This document shows, one piece after another, positions 7,038-15,117 of a stretch of 38,346 bases of DNA. The notes beneath the pieces are model-generated. The model had not been told where the DNA came from. It made no database searches and saw nothing but the letters and a program-made list of their open reading frames with translations. The position numbers and the translations under genes are program-made. The DNA is from Polyangiales bacterium (lineage in GTDB: Bacteria; Myxococcota_A; Polyangia; Polyangiales; Houyiibacteriaceae). Position 1 is the stretch's first letter. Every line of letters begins with the position of its first letter. The stretch covers positions 1 to 38,346 of the forward strand of contig JBFICQ010000002.1 of NCBI GenBank assembly GCA_041581895.1. The letters are read 5' to 3'.

Positions 7038-8300
7038 ATGTCTGATGGGATCACCGAAAGCCAAGCTCTTTTCAATCGGTTCACGGATCAACTGAAGGCC
7101 CTGGGCGACAAGATCGTTGGCCCCACGGGTGCGAAAGGCCCGCGAGAGCGAGCCGAGGGGTTTCGTTACCTGGTCGCCTTGATCGCAGCGGCCCAAGAGC
7201 TCGAGATGGAGGTCGATCGGACGCGTCCGAGGCTGACGCGCATGTTCACCCCCATGCGAAGTTTCATCGCGGACGGAACCGACACCCTCTATCACGAGGC
7301 AAAGCTCGACGAATCGCATTCGTATCACGTGACCCTCGGCCGTGGGGACGATCTCTTTTTCTCGATCGTCGTCTACGCGAGCGACGAGGAAGGTATGCGC
7401 GAGATGGTTAGCTTTCTGATCGATGACGACATCGTTTTCGAGGCTGATGAAGAAAATCAGGTCGCTACGATCCATATCAGTGCGAAGCGTCCAAAAGACG
7501 CAAAGAACTGGCTCGAGCTCAAAGGACGACAGCCGTTCGTTCTCACTCGCGAGTACTTTCCCGAATCCGTGATCGAGGTCGACGACGGAAAGTATAGGCA
7601 GGCCACCATGTCGATACGGTGCGTAGACGATGTACCCCCCCCAGATGCATACGGGCCAAACGACCTTGCATCCGGACTCGATCGCATCGTCGCGTTCGTG
7701 CAAGACACCGTCGACGCGGCGCTCGGCATTTCGACGTACGTTGCGCTCAACATGATTGAATATGACCAAGATGACATCACGCACCCGACCCGAATTGGCC
7801 CAGATGGAAGTCTCGTCCCCGATGAGGAGCGTCTCGATCGCTACACGCCAGACGAGTTGGTCGAGATGGTTGACCCGAAGGTAGTCGCCAACAACCTACC
7901 GGGCCCTGGCATCGGCTACGTGGGTGCCTCGTTCAAGCTTGCCGACGACGAGGCGATCTTGATCGAAGGCAGAGACGTTCCTTGCCGCTACTGGTCCTGC
8001 CAGTTGTTCAACCACTTTCTGCAATCGGGTGACTATCGCTATCACGCCGTATCGCTCAACAACCGGCAGGTGCGGTTCGATGATGATGGCTCGTTTCGGA
8101 TTTACGCGAGCCGCGAAAACCCAGGTGTCCAAAATTGGCTCGACACGCAAGGCCATAGGAGAGGTCAGATAGTACTTCGAACCTTGCTCGCGGAGGCCGA
8201 AATGGACGCGGCAATGTCGGTCATCAAGATCGCGGACATCCCGAAAAGCGATCTAGGCTCTCCCGCGAGGACGGTGGGGCGGGACAAACCGATGCCGTAG
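7038..8300 (+). CDS. Conserved hypothetical protein, possibly DUF1214-type
   Basis: The coding-like composition is clear. The N-terminal PRERAEGFRYLVALIAAAQELE resembles the remembered ..RAEGyRyL.. motif of DUF1214 proteins, which is weak evidence. I prefer the ATG at 7038 over 7029 because 7029 lies inside the TAGAAT -10-like hexamer. Confidence 0.5.
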   Translation: MSDGITESQALFNRFTDQLKALGDKIVGPTGAKGPRERAEGFRYLVALIAAAQELEMEVDRTRPRLTRMFTPMRSFIADGTDTLYHEAKLDESHSYHVTLGRGDDLFFSIVVYASDEEGMREMVSFLIDDDIVFEADEENQVATIHISAKRPKDAKNWLELKGRQPFVLTREYFPESVIEVDDGKYRQATMSIRCVDDVPPPDAYGPNDLASGLDRIVAFVQDTVDAALGISTYVALNMIEYDQDDITHPTRIGPDGSLVPDEERLDRYTPDELVEMVDPKVVANNLPGPGIGYVGASFKLADDEAILIEGRDVPCRYWSCQLFNHFLQSGDYRYHAVSLNNRQVRFDDDGSFRIYASRENPGVQNWLDTQGHRRGQIVLRTLLAEAEMDAAMSVIKIADIPKSDLGSPARTVGRDKPMP

Positions 8301-8316
8301 GCGTTCGTGAGATTCT

Positions 8317-9129
8317 CTACTTTCCTCGGTCGAGCGCCGCGAGGCCGCGCTTTTCGGCACCATCCAGCCCGCGCGCCAGCAGGCCGGGAAACAACCCGAG
8401 CACTCGGATGAGCTTTCCCCGCGTCGCAGGCACGAGCACCTCGCGGCGGGGCTCGGCGATCACCCGTATGACCTCGCGTGCGAAACTCTCAGGGGGCATC
8501 GCCTTCTCTGTGAAGACGACCACGCCAGCGCGTTTCTCTCGCATGCTTTGGAGCATCGGCGTTTCGACCGCGCTCGGGCAGGCCACTGTCCAGTGAATCG
8601 GTGAGTGGCGATGATCCATCGCGCAGCTATGCGTGTAGGCGCGTACGGCATGCTTGCTGGCGCAATACGCGGCGAGCTCAGGCGAAGGAGCGAACGCCGC
8701 CATGCTCGCGACATTGATGAAGTGCCCTCGTTCACGCTTCAAGAAACGGGGAAGGAGGGTACGCACACCGTGCAACACCCCCATCAAGTTGACCTCGATC
8801 GTGAGGCGATCGTCGTCCGAAGACACTTGGTCACATCGGCCGGGCAGGCATACTCCTGCATTGTTGATCAACACGTCGATCGGTCCACCCTTCGTTTCTG
8901 TTCCACTGACCACTCGATCCCACATTCTCAAATCGCGCACGTCTAGGGTGGCGGTTTCGGTGCCCGGAAGCTCGGTGCGAAGGCGCGCGAGGGCGTCCGA
9001 ATCGACGTCGGTCGCAATGACCGAATGACCCGCTTCGCGGCAAAGACGCGTGATCGCGGCACCGATCCCGTTTGCGCCTCCCGTCACGAGCACTCGTTTG
9101 GTCGATGAGGTCACGCCCAAGGCCCCCAT
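8317..9129 (-). CDS. Short-chain dehydrogenase/reductase (SDR)
   Basis: VLVTGGANGIGAAI is the TGxxxGxG motif. NNAGV and YCASKHAVRAY (YxxxK) are also present. An alternative GTG start at 9114 would give a GTGA overlap with the upstream SDR stop. Confidence 0.8.
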   Translation of the reverse strand: MGALGVTSSTKRVLVTGGANGIGAAITRLCREAGHSVIATDVDSDALARLRTELPGTETATLDVRDLRMWDRVVSGTETKGGPIDVLINNAGVCLPGRCDQVSSDDDRLTIEVNLMGVLHGVRTLLPRFLKRERGHFINVASMAAFAPSPELAAYCASKHAVRAYTHSCAMDHRHSPIHWTVACPSAVETPMLQSMREKRAGVVVFTEKAMPPESFAREVIRVIAEPRREVLVPATRGKLIRVLGLFPGLLARGLDGAEKRGLAALDRGK

Positions 9130-9980
9130 TTGTACATCTTCAGCAGGATGCGGTCGGCCAATCGATCCGGCATCATCCCGAACATCCGAACCGTCGTTCG
9201 TACTGATCGGGGCACGAAGTATCGCGTCTTGGGCTTGGCCACAGTCGCCGCCTTGACCACCACCGCCCCCACTTCCTCGGGAGAGACCGCGCTCTTGAGC
9301 TGCTCGTTGGCGAAATCGTCCAGGTCGGACATCAGCTGGCGGTACGGATTGTCGGGATCGTCCCGCAAGTGCTGCCCCGCTTCACGTGCCTTCTCGAACG
9401 TGGGCGTGTCGACGAAGCCGGGGATCACCAAGCTGAGCTCGATGTTCCAGGGAGAAAGCTCGAGTCGCATGCACGCGGTCATCGCCTCCATGCCCCCCTT
9501 GGTGGCTGCATACGCGGCCGCAATTGGCGCACCCACGTAGCGCGAAAGCGAGCTGATATTGATGATGCGGCCTCCGCCCTGAGCCCTCATCGTCGGCGTC
9601 AATTCGCCGATCAATTGCATCGCGGAAAGCAGGTTCACATCGAACACATGCCGTAGGGCTTTTCGATCGAGCTGCTCTAGCGCACGGGGAGGTCCGTAGC
9701 CAGCGTTGTTTACGAGCACATCAACACGCCCGAAGTGATCGAGCGCCTGCGTCACCAACGCCGAAGTCGCCTGTACATCGCTGAGATCGGTCGGGGCGCT
9801 CAGCGCTTTGCCACCTTTTCTGTTGATCTCTTCTGCTACTCGATCGAGCAACGCTTTGCGTCGCGCGGCAAGCACGACGGCAAAGCCCGCCTCGGCAAGG
9901 CAATGAGCTGTCGCCTCGCCAATGCCGGAAGAAGCTCCCGTTACGATGGCGACCTTGGGAGTGTTTTCAGCGTCTTTCAT
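9111..9980 (-). CDS. Short-chain dehydrogenase/reductase (SDR)
   Basis: The gene starts at MKDAENTPKVAIVTGASSGIGEATA (TGxxxGxG). NNAGYG and YAATKGGMEAM (YxxxK) are present. The track ORF's extension to 10274 overlaps the divergent sulfotransferase gene and is Arg/Gly-rich. Confidence 0.8.
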   Translation of the reverse strand: MKDAENTPKVAIVTGASSGIGEATAHCLAEAGFAVVLAARRKALLDRVAEEINRKGGKALSAPTDLSDVQATSALVTQALDHFGRVDVLVNNAGYGPPRALEQLDRKALRHVFDVNLLSAMQLIGELTPTMRAQGGGRIINISSLSRYVGAPIAAAYAATKGGMEAMTACMRLELSPWNIELSLVIPGFVDTPTFEKAREAGQHLRDDPDNPYRQLMSDLDDFANEQLKSAVSPEEVGAVVVKAATVAKPKTRYFVPRSVRTTVRMFGMMPDRLADRILLKMYKWGPWA

Positions 9981-10004
9981 GCCCTGCTCCACGTTTTGCC
10001 GCCT

Positions 10005-11303
10005 ATGGCGGAGCGTGCTACGCGACGCAACCCGGTGGGGCGCGGAGCCTCCGCCGTGCTTGGGTCCCAAGTGCCACCTCCACCGCCACATCGCACCCGC
10101 TTGATTCGGCTGCTCAACGGCATCGGAGGTGTGATCACACCTAGCTGGCCCTCGCTCGACTCGGAAGGCATCGTCCGCGCCGCCAAGCGCAAGGCCAAAT
10201 CCGAGGAGGTCGGAGACGAAAGCTTTTTGCAGGCCCTTCCGATTCTGCTCGAAACGGTGGAGCGCGAGGCACAACTCACTTGGATCGGTCGCGTGGCCTG
10301 CCGCCAGTCATTCGTCATGGCGCTCGAAAGCCGATTCGGTATCTACAGGCATCGAGCGCGGCATCCCGAGATCGTAGGCGTGCCGATTGAGCGGCCGATC
10401 TTCATCGTCGGATTCCCTCGGAGCGGTACGACCATCCTTTTCAACCTGCTCGCTCAAGACCCTGCGAACCGAGCCCCGCTCGGTTGGGAAACGCAGTTTC
10501 CCAACCCGCCGCCCGAGACCACGACCTATATGACCGATCCGCGCATCGAGAAAGCGCGCAAGTATTTCGGCCGGATGGATGCAATGGCCCCATCACTGGC
10601 GTCGATTCACGAGGTAGGCGCCGAGCTTCCGCAAGAATGTATGCCGATTTTGGCACACAGCATGCTCAGCCCTCAGGCAAGCATCGCTTTTAACGTGCCG
10701 AGCTATCAACGCTGGGTCGACGACCAAGACGCTGCGCCGGCGTACGCCTATCATCGGCACTTCCTCGAGCACCTTCAGAGTCGCCACATGAAGAAACGAT
10801 GGGTGCTCAAGAGCCCCGTGCACCTCGCAACCCTCGATGCCCTGTTGGATGAATACCCCGATGCTCGACTGATTTTCACGCACCGAGACCCCGCAAGGAC
10901 GATCCCTTCGCTTGCGAGCCTGGTCTACACCGTGCGAGGGATCGTCACCGACGCGGTCGACCCGAAGAAAGTCGGCCCGGAGCAATTCGACTGGTGGGCA
11001 AAGTCGCTCGATCACGCAATGCAGGTGCGCGATCGGCACGCAGACAAGTCCGACCAGTTCATGGACATTCAGTTCGAAGAGGTGATCGCCGATCCGGTTG
11101 CCGCGCTGGCGCGCGTGTACGATCGCTTCGGCATTCCGTGGTCGGATGAGGTCGAGAGCCGGATGCGGACGTTCTTAGCCGAAAATCCACGCGGCAAGCA
11201 TGGCTCTCATCACTACGAGCTCGAGGATTTCGGAATCGAGCTAGCGCAGATCCGCGAGCGGTTCGCGGCTTACTGTCGAGCCTTCGAGATCGCCGTTGCG
11301 TGA
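10005..11303 (+). CDS. PAPS-dependent sulfotransferase-family protein (Sulfotransfer_3-like)
   Basis: IVGFPRSGTTILFNLL is the 5'-PSB loop and RLIFTHRDPARTIPSLASL is the 3'-PB region. The N-terminal DESFLQALPILLETVEREAQLTWIGR is typical of bacterial members. The start is uncertain. The ATG at 10005 is only 24 nt from the divergent SDR start, so a later GTG is possible. Confidence 0.7.
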   Translation: MAERATRRNPVGRGASAVLGSQVPPPPPHRTRLIRLLNGIGGVITPSWPSLDSEGIVRAAKRKAKSEEVGDESFLQALPILLETVEREAQLTWIGRVACRQSFVMALESRFGIYRHRARHPEIVGVPIERPIFIVGFPRSGTTILFNLLAQDPANRAPLGWETQFPNPPPETTTYMTDPRIEKARKYFGRMDAMAPSLASIHEVGAELPQECMPILAHSMLSPQASIAFNVPSYQRWVDDQDAAPAYAYHRHFLEHLQSRHMKKRWVLKSPVHLATLDALLDEYPDARLIFTHRDPARTIPSLASLVYTVRGIVTDAVDPKKVGPEQFDWWAKSLDHAMQVRDRHADKSDQFMDIQFEEVIADPVAALARVYDRFGIPWSDEVESRMRTFLAENPRGKHGSHHYELEDFGIELAQIRERFAAYCRAFEIAVA

Positions 11304-12952
11304 GTCGCAGCCGCGCCACCGGCGTTGACATCGTCGAGGCGAATGCTACGCGAAATGCGATGACTGTTCCGGTTCACCGGGAGCGCAGAGCGGCAGCAAC
11401 CGAAGAGCCGACTCACATTCCCTGCACCGACCCCGCGACCAGGGAACGACTCGGTGACATACGCATCGATACCTCTGCAGACGTCGATGCCGCCATCGTC
11501 CGTGCCAAAGCAGCTCAGCGCGAGTGGCGCCAGACTTCTTTGGAGGAGCGCCGCGCGTTGTTGCGCAAGTTGCTCGCGTATACCGTCGACAACAAAAACG
11601 AGATTTGCCTGACGATTCAGCGTGACTCGGGCAAAACCCGCGAGAACGCTCTAATCGGAGAGATTTGGACTACCTGCGAGAAGTTCCGGTGGATGATCAA
11701 CAACGGCGAAAAGTACCTTCGTCCTGAGCGGGTTTCATCGGGGCTCCTGCTGCACAAGAAGGCGCAACTCGAGTTTCATCCGCTCGGTATCGTCGCCTCG
11801 ATCATTCCCTGGAACTATCCTTTTCAGAACATCGTCAACCCGATCATCCCAGCGTTGATGGCCGGCAACGCGATCGTGATCAAGCCTTCGGAATGGGTGG
11901 CGTGGTCGAGCGAACGATTCATCGAGGCCTTTCGTGGCGTGATCGAAGACGCTGGGTACAATCCCGATCTCATTCAGGCAGTGCAAGGCTATGGAGCAAC
12001 AGGAGCTGCACTCGTTCGGTCCGCTGTCGACATGATTCTTTTCATAGGCTCGGTCGAGAATGGGCGCCGGGTCATCGAAGGGAGCTCGCAGCGCACGACG
12101 CCCGTAGTGATGGAGCTCGGGGGCAAAGACGCCTTCATCGTCTGCGAAGATGCCGATCTCGAACAAGCTGTTCATGCTTCGCTGGCTGGTTGCTACGTCA
12201 ACTGCGGTCAAAACTGCGTGGCAGCCGAGCGCTTACTCGTGCATGACGCCATCTATGATGCCTTTGAAACGCGCGCTGCCGAGCTCGTCAAAGACTTCCG
12301 ACAGGGCAACGGCCGCGAAGCCCTTGTTGACGTCGGTGCCATCGTCACACCGCTCCAGCTCGAGATTATCGACAAGGCAGTCCAAGGCGCGATCGCCCAA
12401 GGTGCACGGTTGGTGCTCGGCGGCAAGCGAACGTTCGCCGACAAAGGCGACTACTTCGAGCCAACAATCCTGGCGGATGTCACCCCTGACATGGACATCG
12501 CACGAGAAGAAGTTTTCGGCCCAGTCATGCTTCTCATGCGCGTTCGTGACGACGAGCATGCAATCGAGGTTGCCAACGGTGTTTCTTACGGGCTTTCTTC
12601 TTCCGTCTTTTCGAAGAATCGTCGGCGCGCACGAGAGATCGCATCGAAGCTCGAGGCGGGAATGAGCGCGATCAACGAGTTCGGCGGCATCACGTACATG
12701 GCACAGGACCTCACCTTTGGAGGCGTGAAAGCTTCAGGCTACGGGCGAATGAACGGTCGGGAAGGGCTCCGTTCGATGTGCAACATCAAGGCGGTCATCG
12801 ACGATCGTTTCCCGATCAACCGGGCCAACAAGATGTTCCCCGTCGGACCTCGGCTCTACGGCACCCTTAGCGGCATGATCGACCTGATTTACGGGACGGG
12901 TTTCGCGCGGCGTTGGCAAGGGTTGGTGAGGCTTTTCAGCCGCAAGCCATGA
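11300..12952 (+). CDS. NAD(P)-dependent aldehyde dehydrogenase
   Basis: VMELGGKDAFIV contains the catalytic Glu region and NCGQNCVAAERLLV contains the catalytic Cys. EEVFGPV is also present. The GTG start overlaps the sulfotransferase stop (GTGA at 11300-11303). An alternative ATG lies at 11360. Confidence 0.8.
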   Translation: MSRSRATGVDIVEANATRNAMTVPVHRERRAAATEEPTHIPCTDPATRERLGDIRIDTSADVDAAIVRAKAAQREWRQTSLEERRALLRKLLAYTVDNKNEICLTIQRDSGKTRENALIGEIWTTCEKFRWMINNGEKYLRPERVSSGLLLHKKAQLEFHPLGIVASIIPWNYPFQNIVNPIIPALMAGNAIVIKPSEWVAWSSERFIEAFRGVIEDAGYNPDLIQAVQGYGATGAALVRSAVDMILFIGSVENGRRVIEGSSQRTTPVVMELGGKDAFIVCEDADLEQAVHASLAGCYVNCGQNCVAAERLLVHDAIYDAFETRAAELVKDFRQGNGREALVDVGAIVTPLQLEIIDKAVQGAIAQGARLVLGGKRTFADKGDYFEPTILADVTPDMDIAREEVFGPVMLLMRVRDDEHAIEVANGVSYGLSSSVFSKNRRRAREIASKLEAGMSAINEFGGITYMAQDLTFGGVKASGYGRMNGREGLRSMCNIKAVIDDRFPINRANKMFPVGPRLYGTLSGMIDLIYGTGFARRWQGLVRLFSRKP

Positions 12953-14538
12953 TCGAGACCTTCGACTACATCGTGGTCGGTGGCGGATCCGCAGGATGCA
13001 TCGTCGCGGCTGAGCTCGCGAAAGACCCGGGCGCACGCATTCTCTTGCTCGAGGCGGGTCCGACTGCGGAAGAACACCCGGAGACATTGATTGCCAGCGG
13101 GTACAAAGAGGCGTTCATCAATGATGCGGTGATGGGAGAGCGGTTTTCCGTCCCGCAACCGCATGCCGCAAAGCAGCGCGTCTTCGCCGGCACTGGCACG
13201 GTTATGGGCGGGAGCGGGTCCGTGAACGGAATGGTTTACACCCGAGGGGCGCGTGAAGACTACGCGCAGTGGCCCGACGGGTGGCACTGGGAAGACAACC
13301 TCGCCGACTTCGAGGCCATCGAGAAGACCCTCCGCCCACATCGGCGACCTCCCACCCTCTGGACAGAGGCGTGCATCGAGTCAGCCGAGGAAAACGGATT
13401 CGAGCGCAAGGAAGACCTGAACGATGGCAACATGAGCAATGTCATTGGCTACGAATGGATGTCGTACGAGGGCGACGACCGCCGAAGCTCTTACGTTGCC
13501 TTCATCAAGGATGCAGGCGGGCGCGAGAACCTCATGGTGTTGCCTCGGGCTCGCGCTCATCGGGTCGTCTTCACGTCGGACAAGCGTGCCCGAGCCGTCG
13601 AGTTCGAGCACGAAGGAGAGCTCAAGCGCGCAGCCGCCGATCGCGAAATCGTTCTATGCGCCGGAGCGCTCGAAACGCCGAAGCTCTTGCTTCTTTCCGG
13701 TGTCGGTCCGAGCGATCACCTTCGCGCGTTCGACATCCCGATCGTCGCGGACCGTCCCTCTGTTGGAAGTCGACTTCACGATCACCCGAATGTCCCAATC
13801 TTCTTCAAGTCGGCAAAAGACATCGATTGCTTCTACCCACAGCTGTATAGCTTCTACAGAACCAATCAGGAGAGCGACCTTCCTCCTTCGCAAAGCGATA
13901 CCTGTTACGTCTACTGGCCAGCCCCCTCCGCCATGAAGCAGATGGCACAACGCATGCTTCCGCCACAGGTCATTCCTCACGCGTTGTATGGTCCGCGTTC
14001 GAGGGCGATCATCCGCACCATGATCGGTGCGGCATTCAAGATCGGTGCGCTCCGACGCTTCACCGATCACATGTTCGGAATCATTCTAATCCTGGGGAAA
14101 CCCAAGAGCCGCGGTACACTTCGCTTGCAATCGACGGACGCGACCGTGCAAGCGTCGATCGACCCCGCCTATTATTCTGACCCGGAGGACATCGCAACGA
14201 TGATCAAAGGCGTTCGCATCGCGAAAAGAATCGGCGGCGCAAAGGCGCTCGCTGCATGGGGCGCGAAAGAGCTGATGCCAGGGAAGCGAGTCACTAGCGA
14301 TCGAGCGATTGAAAGCTACGTTCGCAAGAACACGATCACCACGTATCACTTCGCCGGGTCCTGCGGCATGGGCGCCAATCATTCCGACGCGGTGGACACC
14401 CAGCTACGTCTTCGAGGCGTGACAGGGCTCCGCATCGCTGACGCATCTGCGATCCCCTGGACTCCGGTTTCCGCCCTCAACGCTCCTAGCATGTTGATCG
14501 GGCATCGCGCTGCGCGACTCATTCGCAACGTGCATTGA
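12949..14538 (+). CDS. GMC-family FAD oxidoreductase (choline dehydrogenase / alcohol or sterol oxidase superfamily)
   Basis: FDYIVVGGGSAGCIVAAELAKDPGARILLLEAG is the FAD ADP-binding motif. The C-terminal TTYHFAGSCGMG...LRGVTGLRIADASAIP is the GMC signature with the active-site His. The ATG overlaps the ALDH stop (ATGA at 12949-12952). Confidence 0.85.
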   Translation: MIETFDYIVVGGGSAGCIVAAELAKDPGARILLLEAGPTAEEHPETLIASGYKEAFINDAVMGERFSVPQPHAAKQRVFAGTGTVMGGSGSVNGMVYTRGAREDYAQWPDGWHWEDNLADFEAIEKTLRPHRRPPTLWTEACIESAEENGFERKEDLNDGNMSNVIGYEWMSYEGDDRRSSYVAFIKDAGGRENLMVLPRARAHRVVFTSDKRARAVEFEHEGELKRAAADREIVLCAGALETPKLLLLSGVGPSDHLRAFDIPIVADRPSVGSRLHDHPNVPIFFKSAKDIDCFYPQLYSFYRTNQESDLPPSQSDTCYVYWPAPSAMKQMAQRMLPPQVIPHALYGPRSRAIIRTMIGAAFKIGALRRFTDHMFGIILILGKPKSRGTLRLQSTDATVQASIDPAYYSDPEDIATMIKGVRIAKRIGGAKALAAWGAKELMPGKRVTSDRAIESYVRKNTITTYHFAGSCGMGANHSDAVDTQLRLRGVTGLRIADASAIPWTPVSALNAPSMLIGHRAARLIRNVH

Positions 14539-14543
14539 CGACC

Positions 14544-15065
14544 TCATTGGCAGCGGGCGTCACCGGTTTGCAAGGCCTCGATGACCCCGTCATCCAACGG
14601 AAGCGGGGCACAACCGTTGCCGGTCTCGCAGACGAAATCATTGTCGATCGCAGCGGAATGGCAGGCAAAACAGTTGCCGCCAAAGACGTTCTCCGCGTCT
14701 TCTTTGCCGCGTTGGGCGATCGTCGTTCCAGCGGAGCTGACTTCTAGAAAAAAGAACTCCCAGTCCCGCGTCTCTTGGGAAAAACCGGCCTCGCGTTTGA
14801 CCATGGCCTCTTGAGGCACGAGCTGGAGGAGCGTGCCCGGTGGGTACGGTGGGTCGGCCTCGCCAGTGGCCACCGCAAGCGACGCTTCCAAATCGCCGAT
14901 GAGGTTCTTGACGTAGAACTTCCGAACCTTGGTGCCTTCTAAAATGCAATCAAAAGAGGCCTCGGTGACCTCGATCGGAGTGTTCTGAGGGCCGTTCCCT
15001 CCGTCGCCCTCTCCGCATCCTGCTAAGAGCGCTCCACAAAAAGCTGCAAGCCATAAGCTTTTCAT
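14544..15065 (-). CDS. Cytochrome P460 / c'-beta-like monoheme lipoprotein
   Basis: The signal peptide has a canonical lipobox (ALLAGC). RDWEFFFLEV...GGNCFACHS places a single CxxCH near the C-terminal end of the domain, as in the Cytochrome_P460 family. There is an extra Cys-containing C-terminal tail (FVCETGNGCAPLP...DARCQ). Confidence 0.6.
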   Translation of the reverse strand: MKSLWLAAFCGALLAGCGEGDGGNGPQNTPIEVTEASFDCILEGTKVRKFYVKNLIGDLEASLAVATGEADPPYPPGTLLQLVPQEAMVKREAGFSQETRDWEFFFLEVSSAGTTIAQRGKEDAENVFGGNCFACHSAAIDNDFVCETGNGCAPLPLDDGVIEALQTGDARCQ

Positions 15066-15117
15066 ATCTTCCTTCTCCTCCGAGCGGCGACCCTAGCACG
15101 GATGGCAAAGGCGGAGC

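Noticed and set aside
6528-7784. 418-aa minus-strand ORF spanning the tetR 5' part, the intergenic region and the DUF1214-like gene
   Set aside because: It runs straight through the AT-rich promoter/operator region and overlaps two genes that have clear coding character. It has an Arg-rich, low-complexity C-terminal half and no motif.
9735-10274. Long N-terminal extensions of the sulfotransferase ORF (from 9735) and of the SDR ORF (to 10274), which would make the two divergent genes overlap by about 540 nt
   Set aside because: In each case the conserved domain begins well downstream (the SDR TGxxxGxG right after the ATG at 9980, and the sulfotransferase N-terminal region after 10005). The extensions are low-complexity and mutually exclusive.
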